A stretch of DNA of 64,000 nt from Malacoraja senta (GCA_038087875.1 CM075988.1:5456001-5520000), one strand, 5' to 3'. Shown: positions 1 to 13,229, numbered from the stretch's first letter. Numbers and translations: made by a program. The notes: a model not told the origin generated them from the sequence alone.

Positions 1-596
1 GTGGCGGATCTGTACGAGGGCTAAATGCTCACACAACAAAAGTGATGAAGTCTAGTTTTCAGGCCTCCAAGTTTGAAACAGAGAGATGGTTTAAAAGCAC
101 GAGCAATGTCACCAACAATTGGTACCAAGATAATGACGTTAAAGTGGCAAGCTATCCCAAGACACTTCACAGCAACAACATCAAATAAAATTTGACTCAG
201 TGTCAGTATCATTTCAGCTCTGTGGACAAAAGGAGCTCAGCCTCCGTGAAGCCATCACATGCAATTTCAAAACCCTGTCACTATTGTTGAAAATTCTTTT
301 GATGCTGCAGAATCTGTTTCAGCTCCAGCTCTCCGCCCTTTCCTAGATGGACATCACCATCTGGTGGAAACAGAAGGAACTGCAGATAGACACGAAATGC
401 TGGAGCAACTCAGCGGGTCAGGCACCATCTCTGGAGCGAAGGGATACGTGAGTTTCGGGTCGAAACCTTCTTCAGACTCACTGATGATTTAGATGCTGGA
501 ATCCTGAGCAAAACACAGAGTGCTGGTGGAAATTAGCAGGTCGAGGTTAGATTAGGTTTATTACTGTCACACGTACTGAGGGCGATACACAATGTA

Positions 597-903
597 GTGC
601 GGCACGATGGCACAGATGTATAGTTGCTGTCTTACAGCGCTTACAGCACCAGAGACCCGGGTTCGATCCTGGCTAAGGGTGTTGTCTGTTCTCCCTTGAC
701 CTGCGCGGGTTTTCTCAGAGATCTTCGGTTTCCTCCCACACTCCAAAGACGTACAGGTTTGCAGTGTAATTCGCTTGGTATAAATGTAAATTGTCCCTAG
801 TGTGTGTAGGGTAGTGCTAATGTGCAGGGATCATTGGTTGGTGCAGACTCGGTGGACTGAAGGGCCTGTTTCTGCACTGTATTTCTGAAGTGAATTGAAC
901 TGA
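597..903 (+). mobile_element. HE1-type V-SINE (tRNA head, V-domain, CR1/HER1-derived tail); one of ~35 copies in the window
   Basis: Box B-like gggttcgatcc, V-domain ggtttcctcccacactccaaagacgtacaggt, tail gggcctgtttc...tgtat. Confidence 0.85.
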
Positions 904-924
904 ACGGCAGTGAAAAGCCATTTT

Positions 925-1200
925 ATAGAAACATAGAAAACTAGGTGCAGGAGTAAGCCATTTGGTCCTTCGAGCCAGCACCGCCATTCAATATGATCGT
1001 GGCTGATCATCTAAAATCAGTACCCGTTCCTGATTTTTCCACTAGATCCCTTGATTCCTTTAGCCAAAGAGCTAAATCTAACTCCCTCTTGAAAACATCC
1101 AGTGAATTGACCTCAACTGCCTTCTGTGGCAGATAATTCCACACATTCACAACTCTCTGGTGAAACAGTGTTTCCTCATCTCAGTTGTAAATGGCCTACC
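925..1200 (-). mobile_element. CR1 LINE 3' fragment
   Basis: Reverse complement of CR1 3' end (gccttctgtggcag..ttccacac; ggtgcaggagtaagcc tail). Confidence 0.75.
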
Positions 1201-2029
1201 CATTGCATGCCATCCAAAACATATTAAATATGCTATACATACTGTAGATACAATCAATTAAAACTCAAGTGCAATCAATGGAGCACAGAGTGCAGAATGT
1301 AGTTCTCAGAATGTCGGAGATAGTTAGCCAAAGTCTTAAAGAGATTTCCTGATTCTTATACTCAATACCCTGACCAATGAAAGCAAATATACCATGTGTG
1401 TAGGAAAGAACTGCAGGTGCTGGTTTATACCGATGGTTTCTTTCCCATTCTGGGAAGTGTTGCCAATTTCGGAGAGCTGTGGATTTGGACCCCATGATCA
1501 GGCAGCATCTGTGGAGGGAATAGACCGGTGGCATCTAGGGGAAGATGGAGAAATAACATGAGCTGTCGAACTTGGATTTGGTTCCGAGTTACACGATCAA
1601 AAATTTGACGATAACTGGGATAAATCACGTCCGTGGTCATTACCAAATGAAACTGCACGTTGCAACATTGGACGAAGTTCTATGCAGCTGTGTTTCATGA
1701 TGATCTGTCATGTTTCCTGGTGTGGCTCGTCAGTCATTGCGCCAAAACCCAGACAGAAAACAATTGTTGTTACATCGACCCAAAAAGGCACGGAGCACAA
1801 TGTTCTACTTTCATCGTCAATGAAACGTTTAAAGAGTCACTATTGATGCTTGACAAGGCAGCTCCAAAACTCACTGCCTACTGCTCCTACACAGTCCAAG
1901 GCTCAAGCTACAGTCACATTGACATTCATGTCGCGATTGAAATTAATTGGGAAATATTGTCTTTTTTGATTCCTTCATGCCTGGATTAGGGGGGCATTAG
2001 TTAAAGAGAAAAAATTGGATTTCTTTCTC

Positions 2030-2490
2030 TGAAATGACAGTGGTTTAGTGGTTTGATGGTTCTTCATTGCCACGTACACACAGCACAGTGAAATTTTTCT
2101 GCACAACCCACAAATGCCCAGTCGCCATATTTTGGTGCCGTTTACAAAGGGAAACAAACAGTCCACAGTCCAAGTCGGGTCCACATGCGCAAAGTACTGG
2201 AGCGCCCCTGATCCAGGTAAGACCCAGGCTGCTGCAGGCCCTTGACCCGACGTCCCTCTCTTCGCCCCACCGCCTCTGTGTCCCGGGGGTGCCTCCTGCA
2301 GCTGACCCTTGAAAGGCGTTGGAGGCAATACCCTGGTCCCTCTCCTACCGGCCAACTCCTCGCTCCATGGTCACCAGCGGCCCCCTCCTCCTCCACTCTC
2401 CAGTCTTTGGGGCTTCCGAGCTTCCCCTGCAGGCAGCGGCCCACCGGGGCCTTCTCCGCAGCGGTGAACCAGGCCCTGCTCTTGGCAATA
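2030..2490 (-). mobile_element. GC-rich non-autonomous retroposon fragment (related to 14380-14850)
   Basis: Shares ttcaagg..ctgcaggaggcacc..gacaca and the aatttcactgtg tail with 14620-14850. Confidence 0.55.
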
Positions 2491-2789
2491 TGTGTAGGCT
2501 TGTTTGCTTGTTTGGTTTTGTTTGTTTTGTTTTTATTTATTTTTTATCATTATTAAATTTTTCATTATTATTTTTGTTTCTTAAATTATTTTATATTAAC
2601 ACAAGGTGTCGACCCGAAACGTCACCCATTCCTTCTCTCCAGAGATGCTGCCTGTCCCACTGAGCTTACTCCAGCATTTTGTGTCTACCTGCTCTTGGCA
2701 ATGGTCCTTGCTCTCGGCCTTGGAAGCTGTGTCCACTCTTCCCAGGAACTTCCCTTCGGTTGTTTTCTCTGGGACGTCGGATGTGGAGG

Positions 2790-3150
2790 GGGAGACTTGA
2801 TAGAAGTATATAAAATCACGAGAGGCATAGATAGGGTAGACAGTCAGAACATTTTGTTTTCCCAGGGTATAAATGTCACATACCTGAGGGCATAGTTTTC
2901 AGGTGAGACGGGTGAAGTTTAATGGAAATATGTGGGGCTATTTCTTTACCCAGAGAGTGCTGGGTGCCTGATACACACTATCAGGGATGCTGCTAAAGAA
3001 TTAACAGATGGAGTCCGCTGATGCTGGAATCTGATGTGATAGTGGCGTTTAAGAGGCTTTTAGCTTGGCAAAAGGGTATGCATGGAATGGAGGGATATGG
3101 ATCATGTTCAAACTGATGAGATTAGTTTATCTTGGTATTATGTTGGCTTT
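2790..3150 (+). mobile_element. CR1 LINE 3' fragment
   Basis: ORF2 C-terminal GDLIEVYKITRGIDRVD. Confidence 0.75.
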
Positions 3151-3254
3151 GGATTGGCACTCTGGAAACAAGGAACTGCAGATGCAAAAAAAAGACACAA
3201 AATGTTGGAGTAACTCAGTGATTCAGGCAACATCTCTGGAAAATATGAATACGT

Positions 3255-3470
3255 GACAATTAACAATTTTTTACCAAAACCAATTAACATACAACCTGTA
3301 TGCCTTTGGCATGTGGGAGGAAACAGAAGATCTCTGCGGAAATCCACGCGGTCACGGGGAGAACGTATAAACTCCATACAGACAGCACCCACAGTCAGGA
3401 TCGAACTCGGATCTATGGTGCTGTAAGCGATAAAGGTAGCAACTCTACCGCTGTGCCACCGTGCCGCCCT
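3255..3470 (-). mobile_element. HE1-type SINE
   Basis: Reverse complement of head and V-domain. Confidence 0.8.
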
Positions 3471-4153
3471 CAAATGATGAAACCAGTGTCAACTGAGGTA
3501 TGTTCAGTCAGGCTGGATGTCTGTGTTCCAGTCCACTGATACTAGACTGTTGAAGTAGCCCCTAATCCTCCTTGGACCACTACTGCATTACTCTTGCTTA
3601 CCAAACTGGCAGGAATGTCTCCAGTTGACTATGGTAAAGTTGACATTCAATCTTTAGAGTCATACAGTGTGGAAACAGGCCCTTCAGCCCTACTTGTCCA
3701 CACCGGCCAACATGTCCCTCCAAACCTGTCCTATCCATGTACCCATCTACCTGTTTCTTAAATGTAGGGATAGTCCCTACCTCAACTACCTTCTAAGGCA
3801 GCTCGTTCCATTCACCCACAACCCAGTTACCATGATGGAAGGTTTCTGGTGGAATTCAGCAAGTCATCCATCTATCTGTAGTGAGCAGTTAACATTAGAC
3901 TGTAAGGCAACCCCTTTATTTCATAGCCTGACTCACTGCCACTGCCAGTTCTGGACTGTTAAACTGGTGGATTCTCTGTTTCATGGTGCAGTTGACCGGA
4001 GTTTTGGAATCAGAAGCAAAGAATGAACAATATGGCAGCTTTCCCAGACAGCTTTAGGCAAACACTGCTGACGGAGCAACAGTGGACCCACCGTCCCTGC
4101 TTTCCGATCCATTCCATGAATCAGGAGCAGAGCAGACAAACAAATCAAGTTAA

Positions 4154-4460
4154 GGGGCGGTCACGGTGGCGCAGCGGTTGAGTTGCTGCCTTACAGCGCC
4201 GGAGACCCGGGTTCGATCCCGACTATAGGTGCCTGTCTGTACGGAGTTTGCACGTTCTCCCGTGACCTGCGTGGGTTTTCTCCAAGAACTTTGGTTTCCT
4301 CCCACACTCCAAAGACGTGCAGGTTTGTAGGTTAATTGGCTTGGTAAATGTAAAAATTGTCCCTAGTGGGTGTAGGATAGTGTTAGTGTGCAAGAATCAC
4401 TGGTCGGCATGGACCCGGTGGGCCGAAGGGCCTGTGTATCTCTAAACTAAACTAAACTAA
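4154..4460 (+). mobile_element. HE1-type SINE, near full length
   Basis: tggcgcagcgg box A, ggttcgatccc box B, V-domain, (aaact)n tail. Confidence 0.9.
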
Positions 4461-4689
4461 GTCAAGCTTATTGTCATATGCACAAATATGGTGAGGTACA
4501 GAAACAATGAAGATCTTGCTTGCAGAAGCATCACATCAACTCAGCCAGCACACAAAAACAAAAGAGAGAGATGCAAAGAACTGCAGATGCTGGTTTACAT
4601 AAAAGGCACAACGTGTGGGAGTAACTCTGAGGGTCAGGCAGCATCTTTGGAAAAGAGGGATAGGTCTGAAGATGGGTCCTGACCTGAAA

Positions 4690-5555
4690 ATATTGTAATC
4701 GTAATTGTAATTAATTTATTAGCCAAGTATGTAAACATGCAAGGAATTTGATTTACCAACAATCATATAAAAAAGCAAGATACATAACCGCATAAAAATT
4801 AAACATAGACTTAAACAGCCACCACAACAGCGTGTGAGAATCCCCAGGGCAAACAGCATAAGCGGAGACCCACAGCCATCAGTTCAATGTCCAGGCCACA
4901 CACACACGCTCCTTTACCGTGATGTGACCAGAGTTGTACTGACCACTGTCACTCTCTCTGCAGTCCCTGTCCCCCCGAAAAGTCAGAAAGCCGTCCACAT
5001 GCGCACCAGACTCCGGGATGCCCTCATGGAGACATGTCCCCACAAAACACTGAGATCACTGCACTCACGGCACTCCCTCCGAGTCCTCACCAGTGCAGAC
5101 AGCACGTCCATCTTGTTTTTCCGGCGACCTCACATTCACCACTGTGATGCAAGGCAAAAATTATACCTTCTTTCCTCCTTTTCTCCCGCGGTCGGGGCAA
5201 TCGAAACTTCCGCAGTCGGGGCGATCGAAGCTCCCCAGCATTTGGCGATCGAAGCTCCCGCATTGGGGCGATCGAAGCTCCCGTGATTGGGGTTGTCAAA
5301 GCTCCTGCGGTTGGAGCTCCCGTAGTCGATCCCTAACAAAGGGACCGCCAGCTCCACGATGTTAAAGCCGCAATGCAGACGGAGATACGATGAAAAAGTT
5401 GCATCTCCGTCGATGAAAGAGATTTCCCCAACCCCGACCCCCACATAATACAGAAACTAAAGGTACACTAAAAACATACAAGTAAACACAGTAAACACAG
5501 ACCGAAATAGCAAAAGAGGAAAAAGATGAGAGGCTGCTGGCACGGCCGCCATGTA
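4690..5555 (-). mobile_element. GC-rich non-autonomous retroposon with internal 23-bp tandem repeat
   Basis: Homologous to 21740-22475 and 56190-56945; ggggcgatcgaagctccc repeats at 5190-5290. Confidence 0.65.
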
Positions 5556-5899
5556 CGACGTCAGTGCTGGAACGTTGTAAGGCAGCAACTCGACCACTGC
5601 ACCACTGTGCCTCCTGTGACAGGCTGAAGACAGTGTTGGTCCATCATGGGCACAGCCCTCCCTACCATTGGAAGCATCTACCGGAGGCGCTGCCACAGGA
5701 TGGCATCTCATGCCAACCACTTATCTATATGAAAGGATGTCACCTATCCATGATCTCCTGAGATGCTGCCTGATCCAGCACTATGTCCTTTTATGGATAG
5801 GTGATGTTTCAAGTTGCGACACTTCTTCAGACTGAAAACCAAAATTGTACGTAAATTCTATAAGACAATGAAAATAAAAAGACTATGCAAAAAAAAAAG

Positions 5900-6215
5900 A
5901 TATTAGTCCAAAACATAATTGGAAAACAAAGTCATGGTAGAGCAAGAGATGGTTTGTTGTTGAGCTAGGATTAAAGTTTTACAGGTCAGTTCAAATGCCT
6001 GGTGGTTGTAGGAATGTAGCTGTTCGTAAACCTGGTGGTGTGGGAGTTCAGGCTTTTGTATCTCCTGCCTAGCAGTGAGAAGAGGGCATGACCAGTATGG
6101 TGTGGAGCCGTGAGATGCCATCCTGGGGCAGCACCTCCAGTAGATGCTTCCGATGGTAGGGATGGCTGTGCCCATGATGGACCAGGCTGAGTCCAACACT
6201 CTCTGCAGCCTGTCA
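5900..6215 (-). mobile_element. Rex1/Babar-type LINE 3' fragment
   Basis: Frameshifted C-terminal motif HTGHALFSLL-GRRYKSL..HTTRFTNSYIP. Confidence 0.7.
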
Positions 6216-7106
6216 CAGGCAGCAAAGTGGCACAGTAGTAGGGTTGATGCCTTACAGAGTCAGAGACCCAGGTTCGAGCCTGAATACGGGTGCTGTCTTT
6301 ATGGAGGTCAGAAGGGTCTCGACCCGAAACGTCACCTATTCCTTCGCTCCAGAGATGCTGCCTCACCCGCTGAGTTTCTCCAGCATTTTTGTCTACCTTT
6401 GATTTTTCCAGCATCTGCAGTTCTTTCCTAAACATCACTAAGTTGTAGCTCAGGATCAATTTTCACATGAAACAATCACACAAATAGCAAATTTAATTTG
6501 GCTCATTCCTATGTTCACAATTGTATAACGCTGTGCCTGTTTTTTTCCCACAGGGGAAACAAATTTTCTTAAACTTTAAACACAGAGTCTGAAGCAGAGA
6601 ACTGAGGCAGTGAGTGAGTGACTGGCTTGAAGCCTTGTATGTCAAGAAATTCATTCCTGGTCTGCAGCAGTGATTGTACCCTGAACTTTGTTCCCACATT
6701 TCAGTTCTATTGACTGCAAGAGAATTAATTTAAGCAATGGTACAGCGTGTTGTTGCTTTAAACTAGCAGGTCAGGTGAGATGTGTAGGAAGGAACTGCAG
6801 ATGCTGGTTTAAACCGAAGATAGACACAAAACGCTGGAGTAACTCAGCAGGACAGGCAGCATCTCTGGAGAAAATTAATGGATGTCATTTCAGGTCGAGT
6901 CCCTTCTTCAGACAAAACGTGTTTAGATTTGTTTTTTATTGGAATATTTTCCTTTCTGATGATTCACTCAGCCAAGTGTAGTTTTGATTCACTGTTGGTG
7001 AAATGACATGGGAAGCTCTGCAATCTTGTTGGTCATTCATGCCTGGGGTATGTGTGCTGTCGGCTGAGGAGGTAGGGGGAGGGGGGAGGGAGATTACAGC
7101 AGCTAA

Positions 7107-7434
7107 AGGGCCTGTCCCACTTACACGATTTTTTTCGGCGACTTCCAGCACCCGTCATAATCGCAGCAGGTCGCCGAAAATGTTCAACCTGTTGGAAATC
7201 CAACCGGCGACCAGAAAAAGGTACGACTCTTTGGGTGACTACTCATGACCATACAGCGTCACATGTCGATATGTCGCGGGGTGACGCTGTATGGTCGTGA
7301 GTAGTCGCCCAAAAAGCTGTACCTTTTTCTGGTCGCTGCTGGATTTTCAACGTGTTGAAACTTTTTGCCGACCTACTGCGACTATGACGGGTACCGGCAG
7401 TTGCCGAAAAATTCATGTCAGTGGGACAGGCCCT
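7107..7434. mobile_element. Fold-back MITE, PIF/Harbinger-like
   Basis: Whole element is an imperfect palindrome; termini agggcctgtcccac/gtgggacaggccct; flanks TAA and TTA. Confidence 0.8.
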
Positions 7435-7884
7435 TTACTGGTTGAAATTTTAATGAAACCAGCCTAGACAGATTCATCTTAAAGTGATGCAATGAAGAAA
7501 CAGGCCCTTCAGCCCATCAAGTCCACTCCATTCTTCAAGCACCCATACACAACAAACATACACTAATCACACCTTATTTTCCACACAGCCACAAGATACA
7601 CCAGGGACTATTTTCTTTGGAAAGTTAACCAACAACTTTTCATCTTTAGGACGTGGGAGAAAGCCCGAGCACCCAGAGGATACGTGCACACTCCACATAG
7701 ACAGCATCTGAAGTCGGGATTGAACTCAGGTTGCTGAAGCTGACAAGACGTGCCACTACGCCACTCGAGTTCACCATGTTATGTTGCACACCAGGCATTT
7801 TCACAATACCTTCTGCATGTTTAGATAGCATTTTGTTATTGCAGAGTTATATTGCAACTTCTCTTGAACCAAAACATGGGCCCA

Positions 7885-8212
7885 AATGTGTAGGATGGAA
7901 CTGCAGATGCAGGTTTACACCGAAGATGAACACAAAAGGCTAGAGTAACTCAGCGGGTCAGGCAGCAACTATGGAGAAAAGGAATAGGTGACATTTTGGG
8001 TCGAGACCTTTCTTCAGGCTTGATCGTTGTTACTTTTTCCATCGTGTTCTTTCATTTGTTCTATATCTCTCTATATCACCGTCCATATCTCTTGTTTCCC
8101 TTTCCCCTGACTCTCAGTCTGAAGACGGGTCTCGACCCGAAACGTTACCCATTCCTTTTCTCCAGAGATGCTGCCTGACCGGCTGAGTCACTCCAGTTTT
8201 TGTGTCCATCCC
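7885..8212. mobile_element. Inverted pair of Penelope-derived terminal repeats
   Basis: gagtaactcagcgggtcaggcagca (minus copy) faces gatgctgcctgaccggctgagtcactcc (plus copy). Confidence 0.7.
8116..8150 (+). ncRNA. Minimal hammerhead ribozyme motif in Penelope-derived repeat
   Basis: CTGAAGA-c-gggt-ctcg-accc-GAAA-cg-TT. Confidence 0.6.
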
Positions 8213-8299
8213 GTGGGCCCAAATTCTACAAGATGCACGTCGAGTGTGGATAAATAAACACAATCATAATTTGAGGGGGTGGAGTGGCATAACAAGCAG

Positions 8300-8490
8300 A
8301 AGGAAATAATATTTACTTATTTCGCACTTTCACAGTCACTGAACGCACAAAATCAATTTACAAGCTATCAAATCAGTCATCTTGATCAACTATGGAGGCA
8401 ATGTTGTATGAATTACAACAAGATAACTGACAATGTAATCTATTTCAGTGAGGCTGGCTGAGAGATCATTATTGGTAGAGGTTCCCTCTC
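8300..8490 (-). mobile_element. Highly decayed Deu-domain SINE (SacSINE1-like) 3' part
   Basis: taatctatttcagtgaggctggctgagagatcattattgg resembles recalled consensus taatctgttttagtgatgttgattgagggataaatattgg. Confidence 0.4.
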
Positions 8491-9488
8491 CAAGTGCAGG
8501 TTTGTTGTGAGATAAGGGGTTGAAAATATAATTCTCATACAGGAATCAAAGTCCCCTTAACCTGCTATGTGTTACGGAATAATAAGCTATGTGTGCTCTG
8601 CACATTCCAGCAAATGTTTTAACATATAAAGAGTGCAAGTATCAGTTAATGCCATAAACATAGCAGAGAAAAATTAGATGTTTTAAGCAATCAATCCACA
8701 GATGCTTCCCTGACCTACTGCACATTTCCCCGTATTTCCTGTTTTTATTGAAAATGCAGATTACGTGGATGGGGATCATTTGGGAGTTCAGGCATTCCAT
8801 GAGATTCACTCACAGAATTACGGAACACAGAACATAGAACAGGCCCTTCGTCCCACAATGTCCATGTCGAACATGATGCCGACGATAAACTGATCTCCTC
8901 TGTTTGCACATGATCCATATTCCCTTCATATCCGCGTGCCAATCTAAAAACTTCTTAAATGCCGCTATTGTATCTGTCTCCATCACCACCCATGGCAGCG
9001 CATTCCATGCACCCACCACACACTACGTTAAAAAAAACTTGCCCTGTACAACTTCCTTAAGCTTCACCCCTCTCACCTATCAACAACAGACCCTTCAGCT
9101 CACTGAGTCCACACTGACCACCAAACAATCATCCCATCTTTACAATCATCCCATCTTCTTCCTCCCATTGCCATCAACGTGCACCCTGAACCTCAACCTA
9201 CCACAGTATACCTTTTGTTCCAGATGCCAGCATCTGCAGTCTCTTGTGACTCCATTCCACAATTACGTCAAGAGCCGAGAGTGTTTATTTGTCATATGTA
9301 ACAAAATCAGAACAATAAAATTCTTACTTTATTCTTATTCTTGATTGGATTAATGTCTCGCCTTCTCTTTGACTGGAAAGCACACAAACAAAGGCTTTTC
9401 ATTGTACTTCGGTACATGTGACAATAATAAACTAGACTCAACTAAACTTTAGGTTAGTTTTTAATTTAGCGATACAGCAAGGAAACAG

Positions 9489-10520
9489 TAGCAATGTTAC
9501 AAAATTTTGAGATTTAAAAAATCAAGACTGCAATTTATCCCATCAGATAAAGCATAAAAAGAAGTTGAATTTGACACCTAATTCACTTTCATATCTTCAG
9601 TATTTAAAAGGTTATGGCCATTTTCATATTGCATCTTGTTCCCTATTGCTTTTCCATTGACTTAACTCAAAAGCTGTGATCGGGGACAGTCAAAAGCCCA
9701 TAACTTTTTAAAAAATTAAGAGAACTGAATGAAATTTTCAGTTATTATAGATTGAAGCATTCCGAAACAAATATGAAAATTTTACTTGGATGACCTGAAA
9801 TTAAAGCATATAATTAGTTAGTTACCTAATTGTAGCTAATTACAAAATTCAATTACTAGATCTAAACATCTATCTATTTCTTAAGAAAAGGTTAACATTT
9901 TAAAATAGCCTAAGTGTCCAAATAACATTCACACAAGAATTCACAATATAACATGATTTTTAAATCTCATTGTCATGAATTTATAGGCCAAATGGAAGGA
10001 ATTTAGTGTTTAATTACCGTAAATTAATGGCCATTTAAATCATCTTGCGAGTGACATTTTGTGGAACGCGATCGTTTGGAACGTTGCGGTTTGCGGTGAA
10101 TTTAAACCCCATATCGGCAGGAAAAACACTGCCGGTTCGTATGGGTCCTAAGTCACCTTTTCGCAATGTAGAAATTTGGATTAAAGTAATCCTAAGAAGC
10201 ACATTTATATGTAAAATAAACGGCTTACCTATATCTGTCCCGTACGGGAGATCCGTCCCGTTGTCGGCGTTGACGGCTTTAGAAGTCGATTTTTATTTTA
10301 ATCCTGCTATTAAATTGTCCAGCGATGTTTATAAAAAACTTCAGAGAACGCAAGTCGGATGGATTATTCTTCAGCAGCTAAACAGCCTGACAAAGATTGA
10401 CTTCGACAGGCAGGAGTAAACGGCATTTTAATCCCGCCCCCTCTCAATTGCACCAAAGTCGCGCACACGGCCAGTGGCAGAACTGCAGCACCGCTGAAGG
10501 TAAGTTTTGTAACATACCTA
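9489..10520. mobile_element. Non-autonomous TIR DNA transposon with 7-bp TSD, inserted in an HE1 SINE tail
   Basis: TIRs tagcaatgttacaaaa / ttttgtaacataccta; exact gaaacag at 9482-9488 and 10521-10527. Confidence 0.85.
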
Positions 10521-10785
10521 GAAACAGCCCCTTCTGCCCACCGAGTCCAATCCCTGCACATTAACACCACCCTACACACACTGGGCACAATTTTTCATGC
10601 TCAATTAACCTACAAACCTGTACGTCTTTGGCTTGTGGGAGGAAACCGAAGATTTCGGAGAAAAAACACGCAGGTCACGGGGAGAACGTACAAACTCTGT
10701 ACAGACAGCACCCATAGTCAGGATCGAACCCAGGTCTCTGGCACTGTAAGGCAGTAACCTTATCGCTATGCCACCTTGCCGCCCA
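10521..10785 (-). mobile_element. HE1-type SINE (its 3' end lies at 9460-9488)
   Basis: Split by the TIR element. Confidence 0.8.
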
Positions 10786-11160
10786 TACATAGTAAATCCT
10801 TATTATACACAGTAGGGATAATTTACAGATGCCAATGAACCTATCCACCCACAGGTCATTGGGGATGTGGGAGGAAACCCATGCGGTCACAGGAAGACCA
10901 TGCAAACTCCACACAGACAGAGCTCCACCATAGTATTGAACCCGCATCCCTGGAGTTGTGAGTTGGGCAGGTTGGAGCCATTCGGACTCGGTATTAAGAT
11001 TCTTCACTGCCAGGTAACTCACTTTGTCAGTGTCAGTAATGGCCATTTCTGCTAGAAGTCATCCATCTGTGACATTGGCTCAGTTGTTCTCTCTCCTTTG
11101 CTGCCGCCTGACCTGAGATCCCACAGCCCTGAAATATCAATGCATTATGCCTGTCTCTTT

Positions 11161-11470
11161 AGTTGAATTTAGTTTAGAGATACAGCATGGAATCAGGCCC
11201 TTCGGCCCACCTAGTCCGTTCTGACCAGTGATCACCCCGGACACTGGCACTATCGTACACATGAGGGACAATTTACAATTTACAGAAGCCAAATAATCTA
11301 AAAACCTGTATGTCTTCAGGGTGTGGGAGGAAACCAGAGCACCCGGAGAAACCCACGTGGTCACAGGGAGAACGTGCAAACTCCGCACAGACAACACCCA
11401 TAGTCAGGATCGAACTCGGGTCTCTGGCGCTGTAAGGTAGCAACTCTACCGCTGTGCCACCGTGCTGCCC
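11161..11470 (-). mobile_element. HE1-type SINE, full length
   Basis: Reverse complement of head, V-domain and tail. Confidence 0.85.
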
Positions 11471-13229
11471 GATAGCTTTAAATCCCTTTTTTTTAATTTC
11501 TTTAAGGAGCACCATAGAGTCTCTGCAGATACAAGTCCACCACCGATATTGCCACTGTGCTGCCCTGTGGATTAGGCCGAGGACAAGGATATCTGACGAG
11601 ATGATGGGTAGGTGACTGCGTGGATGATGATGGGGATGCGGTGTCGTGGAATGCAGTGAAAAGCTGAGTAGTGTTTGGCTTAGGGCAAAGAGAGGAGGTG
11701 GATGTAAGCTATCTTGAGGAGTTAGAGTGGTGAGCATGAGGGACACAGTGTGAAAGTGGGTTGAGGGACTTTGTGAGAATCTAGCTCAACAATGCTGAGG
11801 GGAATGGTGAGAAACCTAGATCGATGTGTCTAAGAGTGTGAGGGTACGTGGGTGGGTGGGTGGATGTCGTGAGAAGAGGGGATCAGGAAAATGGGTTAAG
11901 GTGGAAGGAGTGTGAAAGCAGATTGGATTCCAATCGACAAATCCGTGGTGTTAATCATACGGTACAGTGGAATTAGTTGTGATAAATGGGAAATCTCAAA
12001 CTTGACAGGAGTTGTTAATCTCTGGAAAAAAAAAGAAATGGCTGTATAGTCTCCCATAAATTTCATAATTCATCCATTTTTCAAGCCTTAGTCTTCTGAC
12101 CAGCTCTGCCATTGCATTTCTCCATTTTGTGCAGTGGAACACCTCATCAATGGTAAAGAGAGGAATCTTATCGATGGGCTGATGAGTATTTAATTGGTGA
12201 AATATTTACAAATTGAAAGAAATGCAGTCGTGTGCTCAAGATGAATGTCCTGTCCCAAATAATTAACTTTGATCGATGATTTTAATTTAGATATAATACA
12301 AAGTTGTTCATAATAGTAAGGGGGATCAGTGATGGGATATGAAACGCTTTTTTTTTTTTAAACCTTGTTAAATATCTTATTAAGCATCACGAGGATAGGA
12401 ATCGCAGGTTACATTTGGATGGTTCACTGCAGACTTGGAGTCTGCAATAAAGAGTGAGAGTACAGTTGGTTGGCCATCTCCTCTGCATTGAGTACAGTCA
12501 TTACTAGAGTGGTGTCTGAGATATTCACCTTCCATGCGATGTCCCTAATCATCACCTTTCAGAAATTCCCATTAAAGTCCCCATCAAATCCTTATGGAAG
12601 TCAAGTTGAAACATAACTTGAGAAATGAAGTTGACTTTCTGTCCTTGCCAGCTTCCTTTGAATGGACGATGAGATTGGAGGGACCACCTTATCAACAATC
12701 TTACCAACAACTAGAAAGCTGTCCTGAACTACTATCTACCTCATAGGAGATCCTCGGATTATTTTTGATTGAACTTTACTGGACTTTACCTTGCACTAAA
12801 CGTTATATACGTTATTCCCTTTATTCCCTTTTTCATGTATCTGTACACAGTGGATGGCTCGACTGTAATCATGTATTGTCTTACCGCTGACTGGTGAGTG
12901 CACAACAAAAGCTTTTCACTGTGCCTCGGTACACGTGACAATAAACTAAACTCAAACTCAAAAACTCACCATTATCTCATTCGAAATATCACCTATCCAT
13001 GTCCTCCAGAGATGCTCCCTGGCCCACTGAGTCACTTCAGCACTCAGTGACTTAATTGGAAACCAGCACCTGCAGTTTCATGTGCACTTAGCCTAAAACT
13101 GCACTTCATTTTGCCTCTGGAAAGCAGCCAACATAAGCCATCAGCCCAAGACCTTTCCCACCACAAGCTCCCTGCTCCCATCGGGCAGAAGAAACAGAAG
13201 CTTGAAACCGTGCACCATCAGACTCAGAC

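Noticed and set aside
4154..4230. tRNA gene
   Set aside because: A/B boxes belong to a SINE head; no cloverleaf, and the sequence continues into the V-domain
12179..12202. CTGATGA...GAAA hammerhead-like core
   Set aside because: Stem II (gtatttaattggt) does not pair and no stem I or III is evident
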